A stretch of DNA of 64,000 nucleotides from Bdellovibrionota bacterium (GTDB lineage Bacteria > Bdellovibrionota > UBA1018 > CAIPTA01 > JAALKR01): the NCBI GenBank assembly GCA_965207455.1, contig CBDBMJ010000001.1, positions 544,001-608,000 of the forward strand. Direction: 5' to 3'. The notes beneath the pieces are model-generated. The model was not told the origin of the DNA. It searched no databases and saw only the letters and a program-made list of their open reading frames with translations. Position 1 is the first letter of the stretch; each line of letters starts with the position of its first letter. The position numbers were made by a program, and so were the translations under genes. Shown piece by piece: positions 48,878-58,200 of the stretch.

Positions 48878-49960
48878 TTAATTATGGCCCTTCCACTCCT
48901 TCAAAATCGACTGCACCGCACGTTTAGACGGCAGGGGTATGGTTAAGTTTTGGGTGGATTTCCAAGAGAACTCCTTGCCAACGCCATGGAATTTTTTTTG
49001 CAGGAATTTTTGTAAGGGCTTTTTATCTACAAAAAAGCAATCTACGGTGAAGTGAATTCGATGATGGGTGATAGTGCGCTTGCCCCTATACTCTCCAATT
49101 TTTTTCCATTGAGGCGAGGGAGAAATAGCTTTATCTTCTATCCACCACGGGAGATCCCATAACCCTTGCAGCCAAGACCCCTTGGGACGACGGTTAAGCA
49201 GAACCTCTAAACCCTTGCCACTCACACCCCTTTTGCCATAGAAAATAAGCATACTTCGAGCCACTAAATCCACCACCTTTGTTTTGGCTTTTTTTACAGG
49301 GATTTCGTTCAAAAGATTCTTATGTAAGCCTATACAATGTTTCGTAAGGGGACAGACCAGGCATTTAGGATTTTTTACGGAGCAAATACCAGAACTTATG
49401 TCCATCAAGGCTTGATTTATATCCCCTGGCTGGCCTTGCTCCACGAGCCTTTGGGCTAGATCAGAAACAGGCTTTGCCCCTTTGGCGATTTCTCTCCATC
49501 CCAATAACCGGGAGAGAACCCTTTCTAAATTACCGTCCACTGAGGCATAGGCCTGGTTAAAAGCCATGCTGGAAATAGCTGCTGCGGTATAGGGACCAAT
49601 CCCAGGCAACTCTACTAACTCTTCATAACTGTTGGGTAAACACCCTCCATGCTTATTTACAATAACCACCGCAGCCTTGCGGAGATTCTCAGCCCTAGAG
49701 TAATAACCTAAGCCCGTCCATAGGGTTCGTAAATTGTCCATGGAAGAATCAGCAAGCTGGTATACAGTGGGAAAGGCTTTTAAAAATCGCTCATAATAGG
49801 GCAGCACTGTCTCCACCCGCGTTTGCTGTAACATAATCTCTGAAATCCAAATGCGATAAGGGTCTTGGTTTTTCCGCCACGGGAGCGTGCGCTTTTCCCG
49901 TTGGTACCAATCCACTAAGATCGTATGTATGGCGTTAACTTTTTTTGACGAAAAACTCAT
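48878..49960 (-). CDS. mutY: A/G-specific adenine glycosylase MutY
   Basis: LPWR, WISEIMLQQT, GLGYYSRA, LPGIGPYTA, VDGN, Fe-S motif C-x6-C-x2-C-x5-C. Confidence 0.95.
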   Translation of the reverse strand: MSFSSKKVNAIHTILVDWYQREKRTLPWRKNQDPYRIWISEIMLQQTRVETVLPYYERFLKAFPTVYQLADSSMDNLRTLWTGLGYYSRAENLRKAAVVIVNKHGGCLPNSYEELVELPGIGPYTAAAISSMAFNQAYASVDGNLERVLSRLLGWREIAKGAKPVSDLAQRLVEQGQPGDINQALMDISSGICSVKNPKCLVCPLTKHCIGLHKNLLNEIPVKKAKTKVVDLVARSMLIFYGKRGVSGKGLEVLLNRRPKGSWLQGLWDLPWWIEDKAISPSPQWKKIGEYRGKRTITHHRIHFTVDCFFVDKKPLQKFLQKKFHGVGKEFSWKSTQNLTIPLPSKRAVQSILKEWKGHN

Positions 49961-49962
49961 TT

Positions 49963-51150
49963 CTATACTACTTTGTGTTTTTTTCCCACCTCTGTAAAAG
50001 CATCCACGGCACGATCGATTTGATCCGTCGTGTGAGCAGCTGAAATTTGTACGCGCACTCTGGCCTCTCCCTGTGGAACCACAGGATAGAAAAAACCCAC
50101 CACATAAATTCCCATCTTTAACAAATCCTGGGCAAAGACCTGAGAAAGCCGAGCCTCACCAAGCATAATAGGTATAACAGGATGATGACCACTCTTACTA
50201 GTAAAACCAGCTTCTTGTATGCGAGTACGAAAAAGCTTTGTATTGTCCCATAGTCGCTGTCGTAATTGCTTCCCTATGCTGGAATCGCCTACCATATCAA
50301 TGGCAGTTAAACTGGCCATGACCACGGGAGGAGTAATAGTATTGGAAAAAAGATAGGGCCTAGCCTTTTGCCTAAGCATGGCAATGACCTCATTACTAGC
50401 ACTCACAAAACCACCTGAGCTTCCTCCCAGCGCTTTTCCTAACGTGGAGGTAATAATATCCACACCGTCCAAGCCAAAAAACTCATGGGTGCCTCGCCCA
50501 TTTTCCCCCATAATTCCCGTGCAATGGGAGTCGTCCACCATTACCATGGCTTGGTACTTCTTTCCTAAGGCACAGATTTCTTTAAGGGGAGCAATCGTGC
50601 CGTCCATACTAAATGCACCGTCAGTTACAATAAGACGAAAGCGATGGTTCTTAGCCTCCTTGAGCTTGTTTTCTAAATCACTCATGTTGCGATTTTTATA
50701 GCGGTAGCGCTGAGCTTTACACAGACGTATGCCGTCGATAATGGAAGCGTGATTGAGAGAGTCGGAAATAATAGCATCCTCCTTATTCAACAAAGCCTCA
50801 AAAACACCTCCATTGGCATCAAAGCAAGAAGAGAAAAGGCAAGTATCCTCCATCCCTAAAAAATTGGAAATTTTCTTTTCCAACGATCGATGTATATCCT
50901 GAGTTCCACAAATAAAACGAACACTGGAAAGACCATAGCCGTATTGATCTAAGCCCCTATGGGCAGCCTCCACTAAGCTGGGATGATTGGAAAGCCCTAA
51001 ATAATTGTTGGAACAGAAATTTAATACCTTCCTGTTGTTTACACGAATTTCTCCACCCTGCGGGGACTGTATCTCCTGCTCTCTTTTATATAAACCCTGA
51101 GAATCTATTTCTTTTAATCTTGCATGGAGATGGTCTTTAAATAGTCGCAT
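49963..51150 (-). CDS. kbl: 2-amino-3-ketobutyrate CoA ligase (glycine C-acetyltransferase)
   Basis: [46 protein letters not shown]. Confidence 0.96.
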   Translation of the reverse strand: MRLFKDHLHARLKEIDSQGLYKREQEIQSPQGGEIRVNNRKVLNFCSNNYLGLSNHPSLVEAAHRGLDQYGYGLSSVRFICGTQDIHRSLEKKISNFLGMEDTCLFSSCFDANGGVFEALLNKEDAIISDSLNHASIIDGIRLCKAQRYRYKNRNMSDLENKLKEAKNHRFRLIVTDGAFSMDGTIAPLKEICALGKKYQAMVMVDDSHCTGIMGENGRGTHEFFGLDGVDIITSTLGKALGGSSGGFVSASNEVIAMLRQKARPYLFSNTITPPVVMASLTAIDMVGDSSIGKQLRQRLWDNTKLFRTRIQEAGFTSKSGHHPVIPIMLGEARLSQVFAQDLLKMGIYVVGFFYPVVPQGEARVRVQISAAHTTDQIDRAVDAFTEVGKKHKVV

Positions 51151-51158
51151 TTTTAAGG

Positions 51159-52307
51159 TTACCGGAAATCAATAAGTACTTTAGAATAGGTACGGATCTT
51201 TTCTTCAAACAAAGGAGGATGGAACTCATGGAAGGGAATCGTTCCCTTACCTTCGTTTAAAATATACTTCCATATACTCTCCTGCACTCCATTACTTTTG
51301 TCCTCTAAAATTTCTTTTGTTTGCTCCCATGTGGAAAAAATCCTTCTACCAATTATGGGAAAAATTCTCTTTCCCGATTTAATATACTGCTCAAAGGAAG
51401 GGATTTCCAAAGCACCACTGGAGACTCCAAATAATACAATATTACCACCACGGGCACTTCCCACTAGAGCTTGGAGGAAACTAGTGGGGTGTCCGCTCAT
51501 TTCTAAGCAGTAGTCGGCTCCAATGCCGTCGAAATAATCTAGAACTGCTTGGCCTGTGGCATCTTTCGCACCCGTAGTAAGGGGAGCCATTACATGGTTG
51601 GCACCCATTTGCTTGGCCTTCTCTCCATTCGCCTTATTCGGTTCCACACAAAGTATTTTTTTTGCTCCTAAACTACGAGCCACTAAAACAGAAAATAAAC
51701 CAATAGCACCACAACCAAAGATGGCTATGTTTTTTCCCTTCAACGACGCTCCTTCAAAAGGCAAACAAGCGTGAACAGCGTTGCCAAAAGGCTCTTGAAT
51801 AGCTCCCACCTCAGGACGAATTTTATCCAAATCTGTGGGCCATAAAGTATTGGCAGGAAGCTTTACCGATTGTGCAAAACAACCATGAGCTGTAACACCA
51901 ATAATGCGATCCTTTAGGCAAACATGGCGATTATTATTTGCACAAGCCGAACATTCACCACAATATAGATGGCTTTCCGTGCTTACTATTTCTCCTATAC
52001 GCAGCCCTCCTGCGCGTTTTACATTCGATCCAAGAGCAGTAATTTTTCCTAACATTTCATGACCAGCAATACGGTAGTGGAACCTTTCCCGCTCTAGGCT
52101 GCTAAGAATGGACTCTTTAAAGATTTTGCGAAACCAAATACCCTTATCTGTACCGCATACTCCTCCAAAAATAGGAGCTACAAGTACAGCATTAGCGTCG
52201 CTGGGATTTTGGGACTCCTCTAAACGGGGAGCTTCTACGTCTCGGGAAACATAGCCCTTGGTGGTGGACCAGTTTTTGCGATTTACCTCCAATACAATGG
52301 CCTGCAT
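51159..52307 (-). CDS. tdh: Zn-dependent dehydrogenase, probably L-threonine 3-dehydrogenase
   Basis: CGTD, GHE, ESH..CGEC.AC...[16 protein letters not shown]; adjacent to kbl. Confidence 0.8.
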   Translation of the reverse strand: MQAIVLEVNRKNWSTTKGYVSRDVEAPRLEESQNPSDANAVLVAPIFGGVCGTDKGIWFRKIFKESILSSLERERFHYRIAGHEMLGKITALGSNVKRAGGLRIGEIVSTESHLYCGECSACANNNRHVCLKDRIIGVTAHGCFAQSVKLPANTLWPTDLDKIRPEVGAIQEPFGNAVHACLPFEGASLKGKNIAIFGCGAIGLFSVLVARSLGAKKILCVEPNKANGEKAKQMGANHVMAPLTTGAKDATGQAVLDYFDGIGADYCLEMSGHPTSFLQALVGSARGGNIVLFGVSSGALEIPSFEQYIKSGKRIFPIIGRRIFSTWEQTKEILEDKSNGVQESIWKYILNEGKGTIPFHEFHPPLFEEKIRTYSKVLIDFR

Positions 52308-52369
52308 GGCTCCGTTCTATCATATTTTACCTATTTTAATGAATAATAGCGTGTATTTTCAATAAAGTA

Positions 52370-52398
52370 TTGCAGTGCGCTATTAAATTGACTAAAAT
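52370..52398 (+). promoter_or_regulatory. Sigma70-like promoter immediately before the first pilin-RCC1 gene
   Basis: TTGCAG-N17-TAAAAT ending 8 bp before ATG 52407; no SD sequence. Confidence 0.5.
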
Positions 52399-52406
52399 AG
52401 TAGTAT

Positions 52407-55088
52407 ATGGGTTTGGGGATCACATTTAAGCAACAAAGCAAAGAGACTCAGTCGGGTTCTGCCATTTTAATGGTGATGGTCTTAGGTTTATTTATATCTA
52501 GCCTTTCCTACCTTTCCCTTCGAAAGTATCAGATTCATTTAGGGTCGCAAAAAACAGCGGAAGCTCGACAAACACTGCACATGATCCATACAGATATTCG
52601 AGGTGTATTGGGAGACACGCAATCTTGCACAGAGACAATAAAAAAAATTGCCATTTCAGAGGTAAGTAGCAAACTTCTTCCATTTATTAAAGGTTCTGGT
52701 GGGCAGATACTCTACCGGGTTAATAGGCCAGATAGCACTGGAACAACAATCACTGAACTGCAACTCTCCAAGCTTACTCCTATCCCGGGTACTACTAGCT
52801 CCATGGCAGAACTCTCTATCTTTTTTGAAAGGAAAAATAGCACTGGTCTTGAACTTCCTTCCTTTCGAGCCAGAGATATTAAAATTAAAATAGATCATCC
52901 ACCTCTTAATGTGACTCAACTTGCTCTCGGGAAATACCACACATGTGCGTTGTTTACTAATGGAAGGATGAAGTGCTGGGGCGGTGGTAGCGGAGGGAAT
53001 AATAAAGGACAATTAGGTTATGAAAATAAGGATACTATAGGTGATATTGTAGATGAGTTAGGGGGCAATCTTCCCTTTGTAGATTTAGGGTCCGGTATTA
53101 ATGGTCCTTATAAAGCAACAGCTATTTCTGCTGGTAATCAGCATACCTGTGCACTTTTAAATGTGGAAGGAACGGGAAGAGTAAAATGCTGGGGAAATAA
53201 TGCTGCTGGACAGTTGGGTTATGGCAATATATTTTCAAAGGGAGATCAAGAACATGATATGACAAATCTTCCTTTTATAGATTTGGGTGGTATTATTGAC
53301 GGTCATCATTTTTCAGTGCTGGCTATTGCTAGTGGGGATAGTCACAACTGTGCAATTATAGTGGATCCTCCTAGAGCGCCACCGGGACGAGCTTGGGAAG
53401 AAAGAAAAGTTAAGTGCTGGGGAGAGAATGAGCATGGGCAGCTTGGGCGAGGGAATACAGAGGATAGAGGCGATGAGGGTGGGGAGATGAGAAACGCTTT
53501 GGACTTCATACAATTAGGGCAAGGAGGAGGGCAACAGTTAGAGGTTGTTGCTATTAGTGCAGGAATAAGCCACAGCTGTGCTATTTTGAATACTACGCAA
53601 GGTAAGCAAATTAAGTGTTGGGGAAGTAATAGTGCTGGTCAATTAGGGGCAGGATCTACTGCTAGTAAAAGAGGAGCACTTGCAAATGAGATGGGTAGTT
53701 TTTTAAATTTTATTAATTTAGGAACGATTAGTGGTGGTACTGATCCTTTACATGTTTTGTCGATGAGTACAGGGGGAGAAACTAGCTGTGCTGTTTTAGA
53801 TATAAGTACCGGAAGTAGGTTAAAGTGCTGGGGATATAATTCAAAAGGACAGTTAGGTATTGGTAACAGTAATTCAAAGGGACAATCTCCCAACCATATG
53901 GGAAACTATATTTCCTCTAGTGTAGGGCTTCCCTTTGTGGATTTGGGTACAAATTTAGTGGCTAAATCCGTTTCTGTTGGTAATAAGCATACTTGTGTTA
54001 CTTTAACAAGTGGTAAAGTAAAATGTTGGGGAGAGGGTGGTGATGGTCGGCTTGGTTTGGGTAGTGGAGGTGTTTCTGATCCTATTGGCAATAGAGCTAA
54101 CGAAATGGGATATTATTTAAAATATTCTAAATTGGGAACTGATGCTAGTACTGGTGAACGCCATAGGGCTAGTGATGTTTTTGCTGGTTTTGTTCACACT
54201 TGTGCTGTAATGAGTGAAAAAGTAAAGTGTTGGGGTGAGGGAGGTGACAGAGCGCTTGGGTATGGCAATAACCAAAGTATTGCTCGTTTTAACGCTGGTG
54301 AAATGGGGAACAATCTTGGATTTGCTTTGATAGGGTCAGAAAAAATATGCACAGCAATTTTTGCCGAAGATGGAGAAAATTGGGAGTATAAGGATGGGTC
54401 CATTTTTTTGGGTGATGATAGCACAAAGCTGGGTATTGGTACGGATGAACCCGAGGAGATGCTTCATGTGAAGGGTACTATGAAAATAGAGGGAGATGCT
54501 TCTGCTGAAAATGTGTTCAGTTCTGGTTCGATACAATTAGATGAATTTACAGGATCGGATTGTACTGATACAGAAAAGGGGACTCAGCGATTTCGTGGAT
54601 ATGAAATGGAATATTGTGACGGAACTGATTGGAGGAATTTGGGTCAATCGCTTTGGGAGGAACATCCTAACCAAATAGCCACACCAGCTACTGGTACGCC
54701 TAGAAATGTGGGAATAGGAACGGATAATCCTCAAGCTAGATTACATGTTGCAGGAGAAAGTAAATTAGAAAACGGTGAATTTACAGTAGATGGCAATTCC
54801 GCTAGTCCTAGTAGCATTCCTAAGGCATTAGCTATTGGTGGTAATGTTGGAGTTGGGGGAGATGCTACAGGTGCGGAAAATACGGGTACAGATTATAGAT
54901 TAAAAATTGAGGATGGAAACTTTGTATCTACGGGTTTTACGAAAATGGATCATATGAAGTTGAAGGCTACAACTGCTCCTGAGTGCTCCCCTGCAAAGGG
55001 TTTAAACACTCTCTACTATAATATAGCTATTAATAGTCTCCAGTACTGTGATGGGAATATCTGGAGAAGTTTTAGGGTAGCTCCCTAG
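52407..55088 (+). CDS. Pilin-like (PilX-type leader) protein with internal RCC1 propeller and C-terminal fibre-like repeats (gene A)
   Basis: Leader QSG|SAILMVMVLG; seven RCC1 blades (HTC...KCWG..GQLG...EMG..L..IDLG); GIGTxxPxxxLHVxG x2; C...YCDG..W x2. Confidence 0.8.
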   Translation: MGLGITFKQQSKETQSGSAILMVMVLGLFISSLSYLSLRKYQIHLGSQKTAEARQTLHMIHTDIRGVLGDTQSCTETIKKIAISEVSSKLLPFIKGSGGQILYRVNRPDSTGTTITELQLSKLTPIPGTTSSMAELSIFFERKNSTGLELPSFRARDIKIKIDHPPLNVTQLALGKYHTCALFTNGRMKCWGGGSGGNNKGQLGYENKDTIGDIVDELGGNLPFVDLGSGINGPYKATAISAGNQHTCALLNVEGTGRVKCWGNNAAGQLGYGNIFSKGDQEHDMTNLPFIDLGGIIDGHHFSVLAIASGDSHNCAIIVDPPRAPPGRAWEERKVKCWGENEHGQLGRGNTEDRGDEGGEMRNALDFIQLGQGGGQQLEVVAISAGISHSCAILNTTQGKQIKCWGSNSAGQLGAGSTASKRGALANEMGSFLNFINLGTISGGTDPLHVLSMSTGGETSCAVLDISTGSRLKCWGYNSKGQLGIGNSNSKGQSPNHMGNYISSSVGLPFVDLGTNLVAKSVSVGNKHTCVTLTSGKVKCWGEGGDGRLGLGSGGVSDPIGNRANEMGYYLKYSKLGTDASTGERHRASDVFAGFVHTCAVMSEKVKCWGEGGDRALGYGNNQSIARFNAGEMGNNLGFALIGSEKICTAIFAEDGENWEYKDGSIFLGDDSTKLGIGTDEPEEMLHVKGTMKIEGDASAENVFSSGSIQLDEFTGSDCTDTEKGTQRFRGYEMEYCDGTDWRNLGQSLWEEHPNQIATPATGTPRNVGIGTDNPQARLHVAGESKLENGEFTVDGNSASPSSIPKALAIGGNVGVGGDATGAENTGTDYRLKIEDGNFVSTGFTKMDHMKLKATTAPECSPAKGLNTLYYNIAINSLQYCDGNIWRSFRVAP

Positions 55089-55253
55089 TCCATCCTATAA
55101 AAATCTATAAATAGTCTATAAATAGGGCTGAAACCTTATTATATTTGACTTGAGCAAAAAATGTTAATTTTTCTAAATATTTGTTTAGTTGACTAAAAAA
55201 CAATGTTATACTAAAGGTAGAGTATTTTTACAGAAAAGTAATGGGGGATTTTA

Positions 55254-58200
55254 ATGCTAACAAAGCCAATAAGTGGAAAGCGTCCTTTTAGTAATCAGTC
55301 TGGTGTAACCCTAGTGGGTGTGGTAGTAGCGGCTGGTTTGCTGGGAGTGCTTACCCTATTTTCCATGCAAGTCCAAATTAATTTAATCGGTAGTCAGGAA
55401 ACAACGGATAATCGGTATGCGTTTAATAATATTCAATCTAATATTCGTCAATTGTTAGGGAGTCCAAAAGCTTGTAGAGAAACGTTAGAAGGACAGATCA
55501 TTCCTAATCTACCGAATAATTATCTTTCTGTTTCTGACATAAGAGACGATACGGGATCAGCAACGTACAGTCAAGGTAGTTCTTATGAGGGTGGTAGGGT
55601 ATTGATTTCAAAAATGGATCTTTCTTCCTTTGTTCCCAGTGAAAGCGGTTCCCATGAAGGTACAGCAGAATTGCTGGTCTTTTTTCAATCCGCAACAAAT
55701 GTTCCTGGAACTATTGATGCAAAACCAAGAAGAATTGCTTTAAGTATTAAAACCAATCTTACTACTCGTTCTATTACTAAGTGTAGTGCCCTATTTTCAG
55801 AAAAAAATGACAACTCTTGGAGAGAGAATGTCCAGAAGGATCTGTATTTTGATGCTAGTTATGTGGGTATTGGTGTGGAGAATCCAGAAAATGAACTGGA
55901 TATATTGGGAGACGCTAAGTTTAAAGGTAGTTTGAATGTAATAGGCTTATATGATCTGAAAACAATAAAGGTTGGATTTTCGGGTGACTGTAATGCAGGG
56001 TCTCAGCGATATAATACGGGCACCGATACTATGGAGTTTTGCAATAGTGGTAGCTGGGAAGCGATGGGGAGCCTTTGGTCTCAAACGGATACTGGAAACT
56101 TTTATACTGATCCCGCAAAAAATGTTGGTATTGGAACAGAAACACCAGAAAAGAAATTTCATGTGGATGGTAATGCTAAGTTTGATGGTTATATGAGGAT
56201 GGATTCCAGTTCTGGATCAAGCCAGGCATTGGCAGTGCAGGGAAGAGTTATCATTGGACAAAATTTAGATAGCAGCTCTTCTATTGTAATTCCTCCAACG
56301 CTAGCTTCTGATGATACACAGTTCGGTGTGGATGGTGATGTGGAAATTGAAGGCACACTAGAAACGAGTACTATGCAAATAAGCCATGGCAGTCAAGCCT
56401 GTAATGGGGAGAGCATTGGAGTAACGAAGCGTTCTGGTTCAGGTCAGTTTAAATACTGTGATGGAAATAATTGGCAAGTTCTTTTGCCTGAGGATGTAAA
56501 CTTTGTGAAGGAAGAAGATGATGAAATTTTAGAGGTAGATAAAATAATGGTGGGTAAAAATCATACTTGCACTTACTTTACGAATAAAAAAGTAAAATGT
56601 TTTGGAAAAAATAATAAGGGTCAACTGGGTGATAATACGAATAATGATAGTGGTACTCCTGTTTATGTTGAAGATGATGGAGGTAACCATTTAGAAGATG
56701 TTGCTGCAATTTCAACCCATGGAGAGAGCGATTCCACCTGTGCTCGTATGGTTGATGGAACGGTGAGATGTTGGGGAGCAAATAATGAAGGCCAGTTAGG
56801 TAACGGGAGTTCTTCTGATTCGAATCATGCAGTAGCAGTTAATGATATTTCTACAGCTACTTTAATTTCTGTGGCTGCTAAACATGCTTGTGTGCGGTTG
56901 AGTGACGGTACTGCAAAATGTTGGGGAGCAAATGATGAAGGCCAGTTGGGTGATGGTACTAAATTCCAGAGAAATACGCCTGTTTTAGTTAAAGACTCTT
57001 CGGGTACAGATAATCGTGAAGATATTACAAGTATAGAAACAGGTAATGATAGGACTTGTATTAACTATGAGGTTGGTGGGGAGACTAGATCTGGATGTTG
57101 GGGCAAAGATGGAGATCAAACAGCACCTGGTAATACAGATGATTCACTTTTTTCAGGGCCAGTAGATATTGCTATAGCAGGAGATCATATTTGTATGCGA
57201 CCACAAAGTGGAACCGTTCAATGCTGGGGGCTGAATCAATTTGGGCAACTTGGTGATGGTCATACTAGTAGTGATGAGACATACAGATCAGAGCCAAAGC
57301 TTGTGATTGGTATAACGAGTGCAGTGAAAATTGCTGTACGCAATGGATCTAGCTGCGCTATCTTAAGAGATAAGTCTTTGTGGTGTTGGGGACAGATAAC
57401 AAATGATATATCATCAAACAAAGCAGTTAAGGTTGTGGGTTTTGAGAATGTTGTGGATGTTCGTCTTGGTTATTATCATAACTGTGTAACATTTGAAGAC
57501 GGAACAGGCAAGTGCTGGTCAAATGACCCCAGCAGTGTTACGAATCAAGAAGGTCTTGTTAGTAATCCAGATAATTCTATTTCTACCGAGAGTGAGACGC
57601 TTGAAATATTTGATCATGCTGAAACGGTTGGACAATTCAGGTTTAGACCTTGTGGAGGTGTAATTAGACATAAAAGTGAATCTACTGGTGTAGTAGGAGA
57701 TAGGCGATCTTGTGCAGTAGGTTCTGCTTTTCATAACGATATTGTAGACGGTGTTTGTGTTCAATCCTTAAATTGTTCTTTTGATGGTTCAGGGTATGGC
57801 CGTGAGAGAGTTTGTGAATCTGCACAAGGAACCTGTAAGTATACATGTAGTAATAGTACTTGGACAAGAAAGACAAACAATTGTGAAAAGCTAGTAACGC
57901 GAGTTCATTCACCAGACGGACCGCCACCAGTGTGGCCTATACAAATTGCCTCGGGATATTATCATACCTGCGTAGTTCTTAATGATGGCACAGCCAAATG
58001 CTGGGGGAGGAATAATAAAGGGCAATTGGGTAATGGTACTAAAGACAGTAGTTCAACACCAGTTAAAGTTTCTGATCTAACGAATGCGGTTCAAATTTCC
58101 GTGGGAGATAATCACAGTTGCGCAGTTCTTAGTGATGGCACAGCCAAGTGCTGGGGAAATAACGAAGATGGACAATTGGGTGATGGTCATACAACCAATA

